Of a stretch of 64,000 bases of DNA, positions 1 to 9,505 are shown one piece after another (the stretch's first letter is position 1; the number at the start of each line of letters is the position of its first letter). A model generated the notes under the pieces. It saw only the letters and a list, made by a program, of their open reading frames with translations, searched no databases and was not told where the DNA came from. Made by a program: the position numbers and the translations under genes. Origin of the DNA: Candidatus Micrarchaeaceae archaeon (GTDB taxonomy: Bacteria > Chloroflexota > Dormibacteria > Aeolococcales > Bog-877); assembly GCA_035531715.1 (NCBI GenBank), contig DATKSI010000034.1, positions 7,822-71,821 of the forward strand, written 5' to 3'.

Positions 1-108
1 ACCAAGTTGCCCATTGCGGGGATCAATCGGAGCAGAATCGACGCCATCGGCGTGGGGACGCCGATGTCGCCCCGCTGGGGACGGGGGCGCCAGGGAGGGG
101 GATAGCCG

Positions 109-843
109 GTGAGACGGCGAGCAGCGGTGACTCTAGGGTTCGTAACCTTCTGCGCAGCCTTGGCTGGCTTTCTCTTCCTAGGCTTGGAGGCCCAGGCCGG
201 CGAGGTGAGAGTGCTTGCTGCAAGTCGAAGCATTCCTGCGGGCCAGGTATTGCGCGCCACCACCGCCGACCTGAGTTCCGGAGGCTCGCTGGTTCATCTG
301 ACCTTGACCGCGCAAAGCGACGTGATACCGGAGCGGGATTTCCGTGAGGTTCAGGGCGCCGTAGCCCTTGTGACCATCCCGGCCGGTGCACTGATCCTCC
401 GCCACGACCTTGCCTTCGGCTCGGGGGCCTCGCTGCGGCAGCTGAGCCTTAGCCTTGCCTACCTTCCTCAGGGCTTGAGCGCTGGTGACCGAGTGGACCT
501 CTTTGCCGTCTCGGGTTCGCAGGCGGGCAGCGTGGCACCGTCGGCGGACCTTTGCGGCGATTCGGTGGCGGCTGGTTGCGTTGTGCCGCTGGCGCAGGCG
601 GTAGCAGTGATAGCCGCCGATCCGGCCGCACGGTCGGTCACCATCTCGGTGACGCCAGCGCAAGTCGCGCCGTGGCTCCTTCTAGATGCGACCGAACCGA
701 TCTGGGCAGTGCCTGCGGGCGCGGTCAGCTGCGAAGGCACGGAACAATCCATTTCCAACCCGTATCAAGCACTGCTCGCCATCCGTCGTGGAACGGCCGC
801 GAAAACTTGCTCTCGGGTAGTTTCGACCACTGGATTCGGGTAG
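109..843 (+). CDS. cpaB: Flp pilus assembly protein CpaB/RcpC-like (SAF domain)
   Basis: GTG start at 109. N-terminal TM helix (VTLGFVTFCAALAGFLFLGL) followed by a SAF-like segment (EVRVLAASRSIPAGQVL). First gene of a contiguous tad-type cluster. Confidence 0.7.
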   Translation: MRRRAAVTLGFVTFCAALAGFLFLGLEAQAGEVRVLAASRSIPAGQVLRATTADLSSGGSLVHLTLTAQSDVIPERDFREVQGAVALVTIPAGALILRHDLAFGSGASLRQLSLSLAYLPQGLSAGDRVDLFAVSGSQAGSVAPSADLCGDSVAAGCVVPLAQAVAVIAADPAARSVTISVTPAQVAPWLLLDATEPIWAVPAGAVSCEGTEQSISNPYQALLAIRRGTAAKTCSRVVSTTGFG

Positions 844-847
844 GACG

Positions 848-1741
848 ATGCTGCCCCGCCGGATACGCCCGAGAACGAAGCCCACACACCTTATCGACGG
901 CGACCCCGACAGCCGGTCGCTGGAGCGTGTCCGTGGCAGTGTGCTGGGGGTAACGGGAGCGACCGGAGCTCCCGGGCGGACCTTCCTCGCCATAAATCTA
1001 GCTCTGTCGTTGCGTGTTGCAGGGATGAGCGTGGCCCTGGTAGACGCCGACCCACACCTCGGGGCGGTGGCAGTCCAACTCGACCTAGCTGAGGATCGCT
1101 CCTTGGTCTACCTCGCGCACGAATCCGCGCTTCATACTGTCGATGACGAGTTGGTTTCCCGGCACCTCCAGACCTCCTTTGGCCTGGACGTACTGACCGG
1201 ACGCACGGTCGCCGGCTTGGACGAGCTTGTCCCGGGTTCTCTCCTGAGCGATGTGGTCAGGCTCCTTCGCCTCCACTACGACGCGGTGGTGCTTGACGTA
1301 GGAGCACTCGATTGTTTGGCCGCGCAATCCACAGCCCTCATGTGTCAGATGTTGGTTTGGGTCGTAGTGCCCACCAAGCTGGGGACCGACCTGTTGGATC
1401 GGACACTTTCCGGACCATTTACGAGCCCGGTGCGGCCGCGCCCAAGCTTGGCAGTGGTAAACCGGCTCGGGAACGCTGCCCTTCGGGAAGTCGACAGCTC
1501 GCTGCGCCGTCGATATGGAATGGCTGTTGCTGCTGCCATCCCAGACAACTCACGGGCTTGCACGGACGCTGAAAATCAGGCGAGACCCGCTGCCCTCGGA
1601 GGGCCGCTATCGCGTCCCCTCCTACGCTGCGCGCACGTCGTCGGACTCGCGCTCGCGCGGTTAGCCGAGGACCCGGCGCACGCCGTCGGCGAAGTCCGGT
1701 CGCAATTCGACGCGCAACTACACAGCGAGGGTGCACTATGA
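848..1741 (+). CDS. TadZ/CpaE-like ParA/MinD-family pilus assembly ATPase with atypical Walker A
   Basis: P-loop-like VLGVTGATGAPGRTFLAINLA followed by VALVDADPHLG and DAVVLDVG, the MinD/ParA layout. Sits directly upstream of tadA, with an ATGA overlap at 1738-1741. Confidence 0.65.
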   Translation: MLPRRIRPRTKPTHLIDGDPDSRSLERVRGSVLGVTGATGAPGRTFLAINLALSLRVAGMSVALVDADPHLGAVAVQLDLAEDRSLVYLAHESALHTVDDELVSRHLQTSFGLDVLTGRTVAGLDELVPGSLLSDVVRLLRLHYDAVVLDVGALDCLAAQSTALMCQMLVWVVVPTKLGTDLLDRTLSGPFTSPVRPRPSLAVVNRLGNAALREVDSSLRRRYGMAVAAAIPDNSRACTDAENQARPAALGGPLSRPLLRCAHVVGLALARLAEDPAHAVGEVRSQFDAQLHSEGAL

Positions 1742-3117
1742 GCCCTTTGCAGCGAGCCGTTATCGCCGGCGAGAGCTCGGACCAAGAGATTGCAGAAGCA
1801 CGCGTGCTGACGCGAGTGCAGATGGGGATCACCGAGCAGCTCTCGATGCGCGCGGACTCTCGGATTCGGTACGAAGACCGGTCATGGATCGAGCCATTGG
1901 TGATGCAGGAGGTCGAGCGGTACCACGCGCAGGCCCCCCACGATGGAGAGCCGGTACTCGACCGCGACAGCTACGCAGCCCTGCGGCGCAGCGTGCTCTT
2001 CCGGGTGACGCCATTGGGGCCGCTGACCGAGTTGTTGGCGGACCCGCTCGTGGAGGAGGTGATTGTCAATGGGCCCCACGAGGTATTGGTTCTTCGCGAT
2101 GGCGTCCAAGAGACTGCCGGTGTGGAGTTCGGCTCCGAAGAGGAACTCCTGCAAACCGTGAGGCAGATGCTCGGAAACGGCTCGTCGCGGTTGGATCGGG
2201 GAAGTCCCATGGTGACTGCCACCCTCGAGGACGGGTCTCGACTCAACGCCGTTCTGCCGCCAGTCGCGATGCCGATGGCAGTGACGATTCGGCGCCATCA
2301 ACTCACACGGTTCGGACAACTCGCCGACCTTGCTCTCGCCAACACCATGCCCTGGGAGCTTGTGCCGCTGTTTCAAGCCGCCGTCCTAGCGCGGCTTAAC
2401 TTTGTCGTGTCGGGGGGGACAGGAACTGGAAAGACAACCATGCTGCGATTACTAATCCGCGAAGTCCCGAGCACCGAACGCATCATCACGATCGAAGATC
2501 AGCGAGAGCTTCACGTCAGGGTGGCAGCCGGTGGTCGGCCGAACACGATTTCACTTGAGGCGCGCGAGGCAAATACCGAGGGAAGCGGGGAGATCACAAT
2601 CCAGCAGCTTGTGCGGAACTCACTGCGGCAGCGCCCGGACCGTATTTTTGTCGGCGAGTCACGAGGGCCGGAGGCACTCGATGTGATAGACGCGATGGGC
2701 ACCGGTCACGATGGCAGCGGGACGACTCTGCACGCCAACAGCGTAAGGGACGCGTTGACCCGGTTGGCGGCGCTTGTGCGGCGGCATCAGGCGCAGATAC
2801 GTGCCGATCCGGCGGTGGTTTCTCGCGAAATAGCCGCGAAGGTTGACATGGTGGTGCACTTGGCTCGGTTCCGCGGAGCGGAGGGTAGAGATCGGCGGGT
2901 AGTCGCCGCCCTTGGGATGGTAACTGGACAAGTGGAGGGAGAGATCCCCGTGGTCGAGGAGCTTTGTCGCTACGACCGTGCTCGCGGCGATTGGCGGTGG
3001 TCGATCAGTCGTTTGGACGACCTGCCGGTCAAGATCGCCGATAAATTTGAGGTTGCCGGCGTAGATCTGGGTAAGGTCGTACCCTCCGTGGGGGGCGCAT
3101 CGGTCCGGCGGCGCTAG
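1738..3117 (+). CDS. tadA: TadA/CpaF type II/IV secretion ATPase
   Basis: Walker A VVSGGTGTGKTTMLRLL. RIITIEDQRELH, RQRPDRIFVGESRGPEA and GHDGSGTTLHANS are the classic CpaF/VirB11-family boxes. Confidence 0.9.
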   Translation: MSPLQRAVIAGESSDQEIAEARVLTRVQMGITEQLSMRADSRIRYEDRSWIEPLVMQEVERYHAQAPHDGEPVLDRDSYAALRRSVLFRVTPLGPLTELLADPLVEEVIVNGPHEVLVLRDGVQETAGVEFGSEEELLQTVRQMLGNGSSRLDRGSPMVTATLEDGSRLNAVLPPVAMPMAVTIRRHQLTRFGQLADLALANTMPWELVPLFQAAVLARLNFVVSGGTGTGKTTMLRLLIREVPSTERIITIEDQRELHVRVAAGGRPNTISLEAREANTEGSGEITIQQLVRNSLRQRPDRIFVGESRGPEALDVIDAMGTGHDGSGTTLHANSVRDALTRLAALVRRHQAQIRADPAVVSREIAAKVDMVVHLARFRGAEGRDRRVVAALGMVTGQVEGEIPVVEELCRYDRARGDWRWSISRLDDLPVKIADKFEVAGVDLGKVVPSVGGASVRRR

Positions 3118-3120
3118 ACA

Positions 3121-4092
3121 GTGTCCGAAGACTTCGTCGCGATTGCATTTTTTGGAGCAATCGCGGCTGGCTGGAGCGTTCATCTCATGGTCGCGCCGGG
3201 GTCGTGGCACGAGAGACTGCGCGGAGACCAGTCGCGGCGCGGATGGCGGCGTGTCCGGAGAGGACTGGATGCGCGCCTCCCGTGCCTCGCCAGTGCCCTT
3301 GTTTCGGGTGTACTGGCTTACGGGGCTCTGGGGCTGATCGCCCCCGCCCTAGTCATCGCCGCGCTGGGATGGAGCGCAACCGCGGCCTTGCGGAGGTGGC
3401 GTGACGGTCGCCGGGCCGCACGGCTGGGCGCGGCCCTACTCGGCGCGGTCGACCTCATGGCCCAATTGCTTCCCGCCGGGCATAGCACGAGACAGTCACT
3501 GGTCGTTTTGGCCGACAGTGGTCCGGCTGAACTTCGGGGGGAAATCGCACAGATCGTTTCGCGGGTCAATGACATTCCGCTCGACGAGGCTTTGATCGAA
3601 GCTCAAGAGCGGATGCAGCAGCCGCTTTTCACCCTGATCGCGGCGGCGCTAATCGTAGGTAATCGTTCAGGAGGTCGTCTGGCGCCCCTACTCCAGGAGT
3701 TGAGCAGGGCCGCCCACCAGCTTGACGCGGTACAGGGACAGCTTCGCGCAGAGCAATCCCAGGGCCGGCTGGGCGCCCTAGTTATTGCGGTAATGCCGAT
3801 TGGGCTGCTGGCCCTCGTGCACTTGGTAAACCCGGAGTACCTCGCGCCGTATAAGACAGTCGGCGGTGAGCTCCTGTTGGGAAGTCTCGTAGCCGTGATC
3901 GCTCTCGGATACCTTTGGATGGTACGGATTCTGCGTCTTGCCCAACCAGACGTGTTGACGGTCGCACCCGACGGTCGGCGCGATGGATTTGAGCTTAGAT
4001 CTCGGCCATACAGTGCTCCACGTCGCTCCCCAGTTCCTACGGAAGTCGCGACGGGGGGTGGACGCCACGATGGTGAGGATCTGGAGTCGTGA
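3121..4092 (+). CDS. tadB: TadB-like type II secretion system F-domain membrane protein
   Basis: GTG start 4 nt after the tadA stop. Polytopic membrane protein with a central soluble T2SSF-like segment (SRVNDIPLDEALIEAQERMQQPLF). Confidence 0.75.
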   Translation: MSEDFVAIAFFGAIAAGWSVHLMVAPGSWHERLRGDQSRRGWRRVRRGLDARLPCLASALVSGVLAYGALGLIAPALVIAALGWSATAALRRWRDGRRAARLGAALLGAVDLMAQLLPAGHSTRQSLVVLADSGPAELRGEIAQIVSRVNDIPLDEALIEAQERMQQPLFTLIAAALIVGNRSGGRLAPLLQELSRAAHQLDAVQGQLRAEQSQGRLGALVIAVMPIGLLALVHLVNPEYLAPYKTVGGELLLGSLVAVIALGYLWMVRILRLAQPDVLTVAPDGRRDGFELRSRPYSAPRRSPVPTEVATGGGRHDGEDLES

Positions 4093-5005
4093 CGTGATGC
4101 CACCATCAGCTTGGCCTCTTCAAATCGTACTCAGCGCGGTTGCCTTGGCGACCTCCGCTGCTGTTCTCGTGGCCATCTGGCCCCGCCCCCCGACCGTCGA
4201 CGAGTGGCTTGGGCGCAGGGCGCTGCGTCGTGACACCGCTCAGCGGAGTCGACGTGTTGGTGGCGTGGGGTGGCTATTCGCTGGTGCCCGTGGGCTAGCG
4301 GTTAGGTTGTACGGACGTCTACCGTCGGCTTATCGCGCAGCACTGTCGGGCCTACTCCAGAGAGAAGGTCTGGGGACGGAACCGGAAACGCTCTTCTCGG
4401 CAACACTGCTTCTGACGGTCATCGCGGCGGTAGTTCTGCTGGCAATGGTGGGTGATGGTCTCGTACCTCTCGGGATTGCCCTGTTGGCGGTGGTCGCGGC
4501 ACCCCTGGCGGTGGTGGCCCGGGTGGTGCACCGGGCTAACTGTCGCCGAAGAGCGATTATGGACCAACTTCCGCTCTTGGTCGACTTGATGGCGCTCGAG
4601 CAAGGCGGCGGAGGCGTCGGAGCTCGAACCGCAATTGAATTAGTGGTGAACCGCCTGAACGGCGAGGCGGCGATGCTGCTCCGCACTTGCCTCACGTCCT
4701 CAGCGATGGCTGGTACCCCGCAGTTGGACCGCCAGCTGGAGCGGGCGGCCCAGCAGCTAGCCATTCCAGCGCTTTCGGCGCTGGCCGCCGTGGTGCGCAT
4801 TCAGCGCGAGGAAGGCGTGTCGTCCGCCTCACCGCTTGGCCAGCTCGCTAGGGTCCTACGAGACCGACAAAGGGACGACTTGCTGAGCCGTGGTCGAAAA
4901 GCGCTTGTAACGATGCTGCTTCCCGTTGCGGTCTGCATTCTGCTGCCCTTCGTGATCATCATCCTTTACCCTGCGCTCGCGCGCCTTTCCGCGGCGTTTT
5001 CATGA
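4070..5005 (+). CDS. tadC: TadC-like type II secretion system F-domain membrane protein
   Basis: Second T2SSF-like membrane protein (DQLPLLVDLMALEQGGGGVGARTAIELV). Start is ambiguous (ATG 4070 or ATG 4097); the ORF-track start at 3983 would overlap tadB heavily. Confidence 0.7.
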   Translation: MVRIWSRDVMPPSAWPLQIVLSAVALATSAAVLVAIWPRPPTVDEWLGRRALRRDTAQRSRRVGGVGWLFAGARGLAVRLYGRLPSAYRAALSGLLQREGLGTEPETLFSATLLLTVIAAVVLLAMVGDGLVPLGIALLAVVAAPLAVVARVVHRANCRRRAIMDQLPLLVDLMALEQGGGGVGARTAIELVVNRLNGEAAMLLRTCLTSSAMAGTPQLDRQLERAAQQLAIPALSALAAVVRIQREEGVSSASPLGQLARVLRDRQRDDLLSRGRKALVTMLLPVAVCILLPFVIIILYPALARLSAAFS

Positions 5006-5679
5006 GGGGGCGTCGACAAGAGGGCCAAGCGATGGTTGAGATAGCCCTCGGCGTGACGATCTTCTTGGGAGCTAGCCTCGGGGCAGTCCAATTGGCCATC
5101 TCGGCGCTCTCCGCAGAAGGAGCACAGAGTGCTGCACTGGTAGGAGCCCGCGCAGCGTCCGGGGCACCAGTACCCGGGGATCCCATGGCGAAGCTCGCCG
5201 AGGGTCAGTCAGCCGCCGAGACCTCGCTCAAGAGCGTGATCTTGGATTTGGCGCGGATCGAGGATTGCACGAGCGATACTGCTTCCGGGGGCGCGTGTGG
5301 CTTGCCCACAACTTGCACCAGGTATGTCGAGGATCGACCGGAAGCGAACACTCTTCAGCACTGTCCAGCAGCGAGGTCATTCTTGTCCGGAAGTGCTTCG
5401 CTAGGGCCCTCGCCCGCCAATCTGGACGGGAGTCAAAATCCCGCTTGCCATACGACAGATTGCTTCGGGGTGTCGGTTTCGATGGCACCGTGCGCCCGGA
5501 CGGTGCCCCCTGGGAAATTATACGTTTGCCTGGCCTACACCGACTGGCCAGCCACTGCCGTGGACGTCTGGATCAGAGGAGCTCTCCGTTCCGTAGTCCC
5601 GATCGCCAGTTCGGTGGGGATCGATGCCCTCCCGGTGAGCGTGCAGTTACGGCTCCAGGTAGAGGCGCTCACCAGTTGA
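5002..5679 (+). CDS. TadE-like pseudopilin/pilus assembly protein
   Basis: N-terminus MRGRRQEGQAMVEIALGVTIFLG matches the TadE/TadG N-terminal motif (basic leader, G-Q-A-x-V-E, hydrophobic helix). ATGA overlap with tadC. Confidence 0.7.
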   Translation: MRGRRQEGQAMVEIALGVTIFLGASLGAVQLAISALSAEGAQSAALVGARAASGAPVPGDPMAKLAEGQSAAETSLKSVILDLARIEDCTSDTASGGACGLPTTCTRYVEDRPEANTLQHCPAARSFLSGSASLGPSPANLDGSQNPACHTTDCFGVSVSMAPCARTVPPGKLYVCLAYTDWPATAVDVWIRGALRSVVPIASSVGIDALPVSVQLRLQVEALTS

Positions 5680-6251
5680 GTCACCGACCACGGCGAGCCG
5701 GTCAAGCGCTGGTGGAACTCGCGGTTGTGCTCCCGATTGTGGTACTGGTGGGCTGCGGGGCAGTCGCGATCGTGGAGCTGGCACGGACCCAGATGGCGAT
5801 GGACGAAGCAGGCAGCGCCGCGGCGCTCGTCGGTGCTCGGGCGGCAGACGCGAGCCAGGCGTGCTCGGCTGCCCACGAAGAGCTGGCTACCGTCCTGGCG
5901 GAGAGCGACGGTTTGCTCCCAGTCCACCTGGCCGACCAGCTGCACGGCGGCTGTGCCGGACCTCTGCCTGACAGTGGTTCCATGCCCGCAAGTCTCGGTG
6001 CTGGCTCGTACATGCTGTGGTTCGGCTTCGGGGGCACCCGCGACACCTTTTGCAGAGTTGGGTCCAGCCCCGGTGCAGGGGTACCGACGGACGGCGATGT
6101 GGTGGCCACGGTTGTTTACCGCCCTAACCTGGAGTGGATCCCTCTGATCGGATCATGGCTGTCTCCCCGGCTAACCGCCAGTGCATCGGACAAAGTGGAC
6201 CCATTTCGGAGCCGTAACCCGCGGGTCGATTCCACTGGCGACAACTGCTGA
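5676..6251 (+). CDS. TadE-like pseudopilin/pilus assembly protein (second copy)
   Basis: A TTG start at 5676 in a TTGA overlap with the upstream stop gives (M)SHRPRRAGQALVELAVVLPIVVLVG, a canonical TadE N-terminus. The ORF-track start at 5265 lies inside the previous gene. Confidence 0.65.
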   Translation: MSHRPRRAGQALVELAVVLPIVVLVGCGAVAIVELARTQMAMDEAGSAAALVGARAADASQACSAAHEELATVLAESDGLLPVHLADQLHGGCAGPLPDSGSMPASLGAGSYMLWFGFGGTRDTFCRVGSSPGAGVPTDGDVVATVVYRPNLEWIPLIGSWLSPRLTASASDKVDPFRSRNPRVDSTGDNC

Positions 6252-6258
6252 ATTCGCT

Positions 6259-6867
6259 GTGGACACGCTACGGGGCTCCAAAACGCAGAGGGGCCAAATT
6301 CTGCCGCTCTTCGGCCTCCTGCTGGCCCTTCTTCTTTTGCCGGTCGCGGGCCTTACGGTCGACGGTGGAGTGCTGATATCTCGGCACGCGACCTTGATTG
6401 GGGAGGCTCAAGCAGCCGCCGAAGCGGGAGCTCAAGCCATTGACGTGACCGCCCTCCAAGCACGTGGCACCTTTCAACTTTGCGCCGTGCCCGACGGTGG
6501 AGCGACATGCGGGAACGGAGTCGGCACGGTTGGCGAAGTGATCTCCGAAGTCCTCGCGGCAACTTCCCCGAACCTGCCTCCAATGTGCAGAGATGACGGC
6601 CTCGCGGCTCTCTCGCTGGCGCCCAACGAGGGGGCGGGATGCGTATTTGACGTGGTGTCAAATTGTGCGTCGGTCGGTTCGACTGGGTCCTCGGTAGGGT
6701 CGGCGCCGGACGGGGTCAACGTGATCGCCTGGCAGACTGTGTCGCTTCCGCTGCCAGTCTTTCCGGGGTGGACGAGCGTCCGACTCACCGCTTCCGCGAC
6801 TGCTTGGATGGAGCATGGTTTCGCGGCACCGAGCTCGAGTCCTACTGTCGGAGGGGTGGCATGTTAG
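6259..6867 (+). CDS. TadG-like (Tad N-terminal domain) pilus assembly protein
   Basis: A GTG start at 6259 gives VDTLRGSKTQRGQILPLFGLLLALLLLPVAGLTVDGG...EAQAAAEAGAQA, the TadG-like N-terminal pattern. Confidence 0.6.
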   Translation: MDTLRGSKTQRGQILPLFGLLLALLLLPVAGLTVDGGVLISRHATLIGEAQAAAEAGAQAIDVTALQARGTFQLCAVPDGGATCGNGVGTVGEVISEVLAATSPNLPPMCRDDGLAALSLAPNEGAGCVFDVVSNCASVGSTGSSVGSAPDGVNVIAWQTVSLPLPVFPGWTSVRLTASATAWMEHGFAAPSSSPTVGGVAC

Positions 6868-7994
6868 GGAGCGATAAGTCGGACGATCGGTCGGCTCTCT
6901 CGAGCGTAGCTGAGGACTGGGAATTTGTTGCGTTACCTCCTCCTCCCGAGATCTCTCAGAGTGGACACGATGCCTCCCTACCGTGGGCTCCTTCTGCACC
7001 TTCTGGAGTGAGATCCCAGCTGGCGCGCCATCCGCTGCTCGTCATCGCCGACTCAGCAGTACCCCTGCAAGGCCAAAGCGCTTCGCGGTCACATCGCGGT
7101 TCGATACTTACGGAATCGCTGGCCGGGCTGCGACGACACGTCCGCGCTCCGTCTTGGACCCGCAGTAGCCCTGAAACGGCTACCGTACTGCCCGGTCGGC
7201 GCGGCGACCCGCTGGTCGTGGTCGTGGCAGGAGGACGCGGAGGCGTTGGTCGTACCACTCTCGCCGCGGAACTCGCTACCGCATTGGCGGGGAACGGAGT
7301 TCACGCAACGCGTCGCGTACTCCTGGTAGATGCGGATCGATTTCGTCCAGACCTAGACGTGAAACTTGGCATCGCCGACCTAGAGGCCGATCGGTACCCT
7401 GGGGCCAGAACCGATCGCGTACTGCTGCAGTTGCCGGAGTTGGCAGATCGACGCCTCAATCTCGATTCGATTTTGTGGGTCAACCCGCTGTCGGGGGTCC
7501 GAGCATTGCTGGCACCGACGCAGTCGAAAGACTTCGGTCGGGAACACCTGGACTACTTGTACACGTATATCCTGGCTCCCGAGTTCGACGCAATCGTGGT
7601 CGACGCCGGTCCGGCGATCGACCTTTCAACCCAGGAGGTAGGGGGCCCGGGGTCGTTCTGGTTGACGTTGGCGCGCTCGGTTCTAGTGCCTCTTCGCCCA
7701 ACGCTGTCTCATGCTCGCTCGGCCTGTGTGGAGTTACATCTCTTCCAACGGATGGGTGTACCCATACAGCGCTGCCGACTGGTGATGGGGGTGGCCCGCT
7801 CGGAGTCATCGAGTGCGGACAAGTGCCAACGGCTCCTCAGTGACTTCGTGGTGATCCGGTGGCCGTGGGTGCCCGACGCCGCCTATAAAGCAACAAATGA
7901 CCTTCGCCCGCTCGCGGACATTGACCGCGGACTGGGGCAGAGTATCCAGTCGCTGGTTGCCGACGTGACCGACTCTCAAAGAAGGGGAGGGTGA
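6861..7994 (+). CDS. Second TadZ/CpaE-like ParA/MinD-family ATPase with Lys-less Walker A
   Basis: ATG 6861 overlaps the upstream stop by 7 nt. About 170 aa of low-complexity N-terminus, then VVVAGGRGGVGRTTLAAELA, VLLVDADRFRPDLD and DAIVVDAGP. Confidence 0.6.
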   Translation: MLGSDKSDDRSALSSVAEDWEFVALPPPPEISQSGHDASLPWAPSAPSGVRSQLARHPLLVIADSAVPLQGQSASRSHRGSILTESLAGLRRHVRAPSWTRSSPETATVLPGRRGDPLVVVVAGGRGGVGRTTLAAELATALAGNGVHATRRVLLVDADRFRPDLDVKLGIADLEADRYPGARTDRVLLQLPELADRRLNLDSILWVNPLSGVRALLAPTQSKDFGREHLDYLYTYILAPEFDAIVVDAGPAIDLSTQEVGGPGSFWLTLARSVLVPLRPTLSHARSACVELHLFQRMGVPIQRCRLVMGVARSESSSADKCQRLLSDFVVIRWPWVPDAAYKATNDLRPLADIDRGLGQSIQSLVADVTDSQRRGG

Positions 7995-7995
7995 T

Positions 7996-8436
7996 TTGCC
8001 TCGGGTCATACGCTGGCGACCTCTTGAGAGGGGGAGGATATCCGGGCGGACTCGAGGAGTCGACGAAACAACTGAGCGCGTGCGGCAGCTTGTCGATGGC
8101 CTTGAGCGGGCGGTCATTTCTAAAAGCGACCTAGAGTTGTCGAGTTATTTGGTGACTCCCGCGCTGGGCTTCGCGCTGGCCCGCACTTCCATGATGAGAT
8201 CGGCCGGCTCCGTGTGGTTGCCAGCCCGGGCCGGATTGCGGTGGACCATCAGCGATAGAGCCCCGGAGGGGCCGGGCCGCTTTTGGATCAGGTTGCGATT
8301 TGAGGATCGCACGGTGTTGCGCTCCGGTTCCGCGACCTACTCTGCAGCGGCGATCACCCACGAGGTCGAGGTCGAGCTGGATACCACTTCAGCACCTTGG
8401 CGCCTGTGCCAAGCGTATGAGCATTTCGTGGAGTGA
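7996..8436 (+). CDS. Hypothetical protein, last gene of the tad cluster
   Basis: TTG start 2 nt after the upstream stop, same strand. No family recognised by eye. Confidence 0.4.
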   Translation: MPRVIRWRPLERGRISGRTRGVDETTERVRQLVDGLERAVISKSDLELSSYLVTPALGFALARTSMMRSAGSVWLPARAGLRWTISDRAPEGPGRFWIRLRFEDRTVLRSGSATYSAAAITHEVEVELDTTSAPWRLCQAYEHFVE

Positions 8437-8729
8437 ACCCCGGCGACTGTCCCTCTCGCTCCAACCGTCGGGCGAGCGTCGGTTCCTGGAGGTCTTCCAA
8501 ATGCCGAGGAGGGGATATCAGGGAAGCAGGCGCCCTCGCCATGAGGCCCGGATCGCCCAGGTGCGATCGTGAGCGCAGCGACGTAGATCGAGGTACCCTT
8601 ACTTAAAGAGCATCTGCCCACGTAGCCCAAAACCGAGCAAACGATCTGGCCAACTTGATGGCCATCGGCCCCTCTTCCATGGACGGCCCGAGGGGGCAAG
8701 GCCTGCGCAGCGCTCGTGCGCATGTTGGA

Positions 8730-9143
8730 TCAAGCCTCGTGTCTGAGCAGAGCCAGGAAGGCGGCTGGGGAGTGGATCGGCAAGGTCTGGTCGAGCCCGA
8801 GAAGATGGCGGTCGCCCGAAACAAGGACGGCGTGGGCCGCCACCGCCAGGGCGATGAGGTAGTCGTCACCCGGGTCAGGCGACCGAACCAACGGCGGCTC
8901 GGTCGGGTCATCGACCACCCACGCGTTGCGCTCCACCAATCTGGCTGCCGCGGTAGCATCGCTGGCGGGAATACGGCGACGAATCTTGGGATAGGCAAGA
9001 GCTCGCCGCAGCTCGGCCAGGAGAAGAGGAGAGGCAACCAGGTCATAGGCACCGTCCAGCCCGGCCCGTAAAACCTTCGCCGGCGACCCGTCCGATGCCA
9101 GCAGCGCCGAGATGATGACATTGGGGTCGAGGATCGCCCGCAC
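8730..9143 (-). CDS. PIN-domain toxin (VapC-like)
   Basis: MRAILDPNVIISALL...DPGDDYLIALAVAAHAVLVSGDRHLL fits PIN acidic-residue spacing. Lies 4 nt downstream of an RHH gene. Confidence 0.8.
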   Translation of the reverse strand: MRAILDPNVIISALLASDGSPAKVLRAGLDGAYDLVASPLLLAELRRALAYPKIRRRIPASDATAAARLVERNAWVVDDPTEPPLVRSPDPGDDYLIALAVAAHAVLVSGDRHLLGLDQTLPIHSPAAFLALLRHEA

Positions 9144-9146
9144 GGA

Positions 9147-9377
9147 TCAGCGCTTGGCGCGCCGCGTTTGGTGTTGCGACTCGACGGCCAGCTCCATCGC
9201 CTTTCCCTCCTTGAGGTTGTTGCGAGCCCACAGCCGGTCGAGGATATCCAGGCCCAGGTCGTGCCGGATCGCCGCCTCGATCACCGCGCTATCGCCCTGT
9301 CCAGTGCGGGCTGCGCGCACCCTTACCGCACGCAGCACGTCTTCGTCGATGGTGAGAGTTGTACGGGTCTTTGACAT
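9147..9377 (-). CDS. Ribbon-helix-helix antitoxin (VapB/CopG-like)
   Basis: 76 aa. TTLTIDEDVLRAVRVRAARTGQGDSAVIEAAIR is an RHH beta-strand plus two helices. Immediately upstream of the PIN gene. Confidence 0.75.
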   Translation of the reverse strand: MSKTRTTLTIDEDVLRAVRVRAARTGQGDSAVIEAAIRHDLGLDILDRLWARNNLKEGKAMELAVESQHQTRRAKR

Positions 9378-9505
9378 ATTGGCATCATAGCATCATTATG
9401 CGCAGGTGCCCAGAATTGAACTTCACGGAGGTCGCCACTACCGGGTCAACTTCGCGGTGCCGACCACTGGCAAGTGGACCTAGGGGGGTTGTCTGACATA
9501 CTCGG

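Noticed and set aside
8437-8729. Search for a small Flp-like pilin or other small gene between the tad cluster and the PIN toxin gene.
   Set aside because: No ORF with a G/XXXXEY motif or hydrophobic helix. Only junk-composition ORFs (for example 8337-8723, minus strand).
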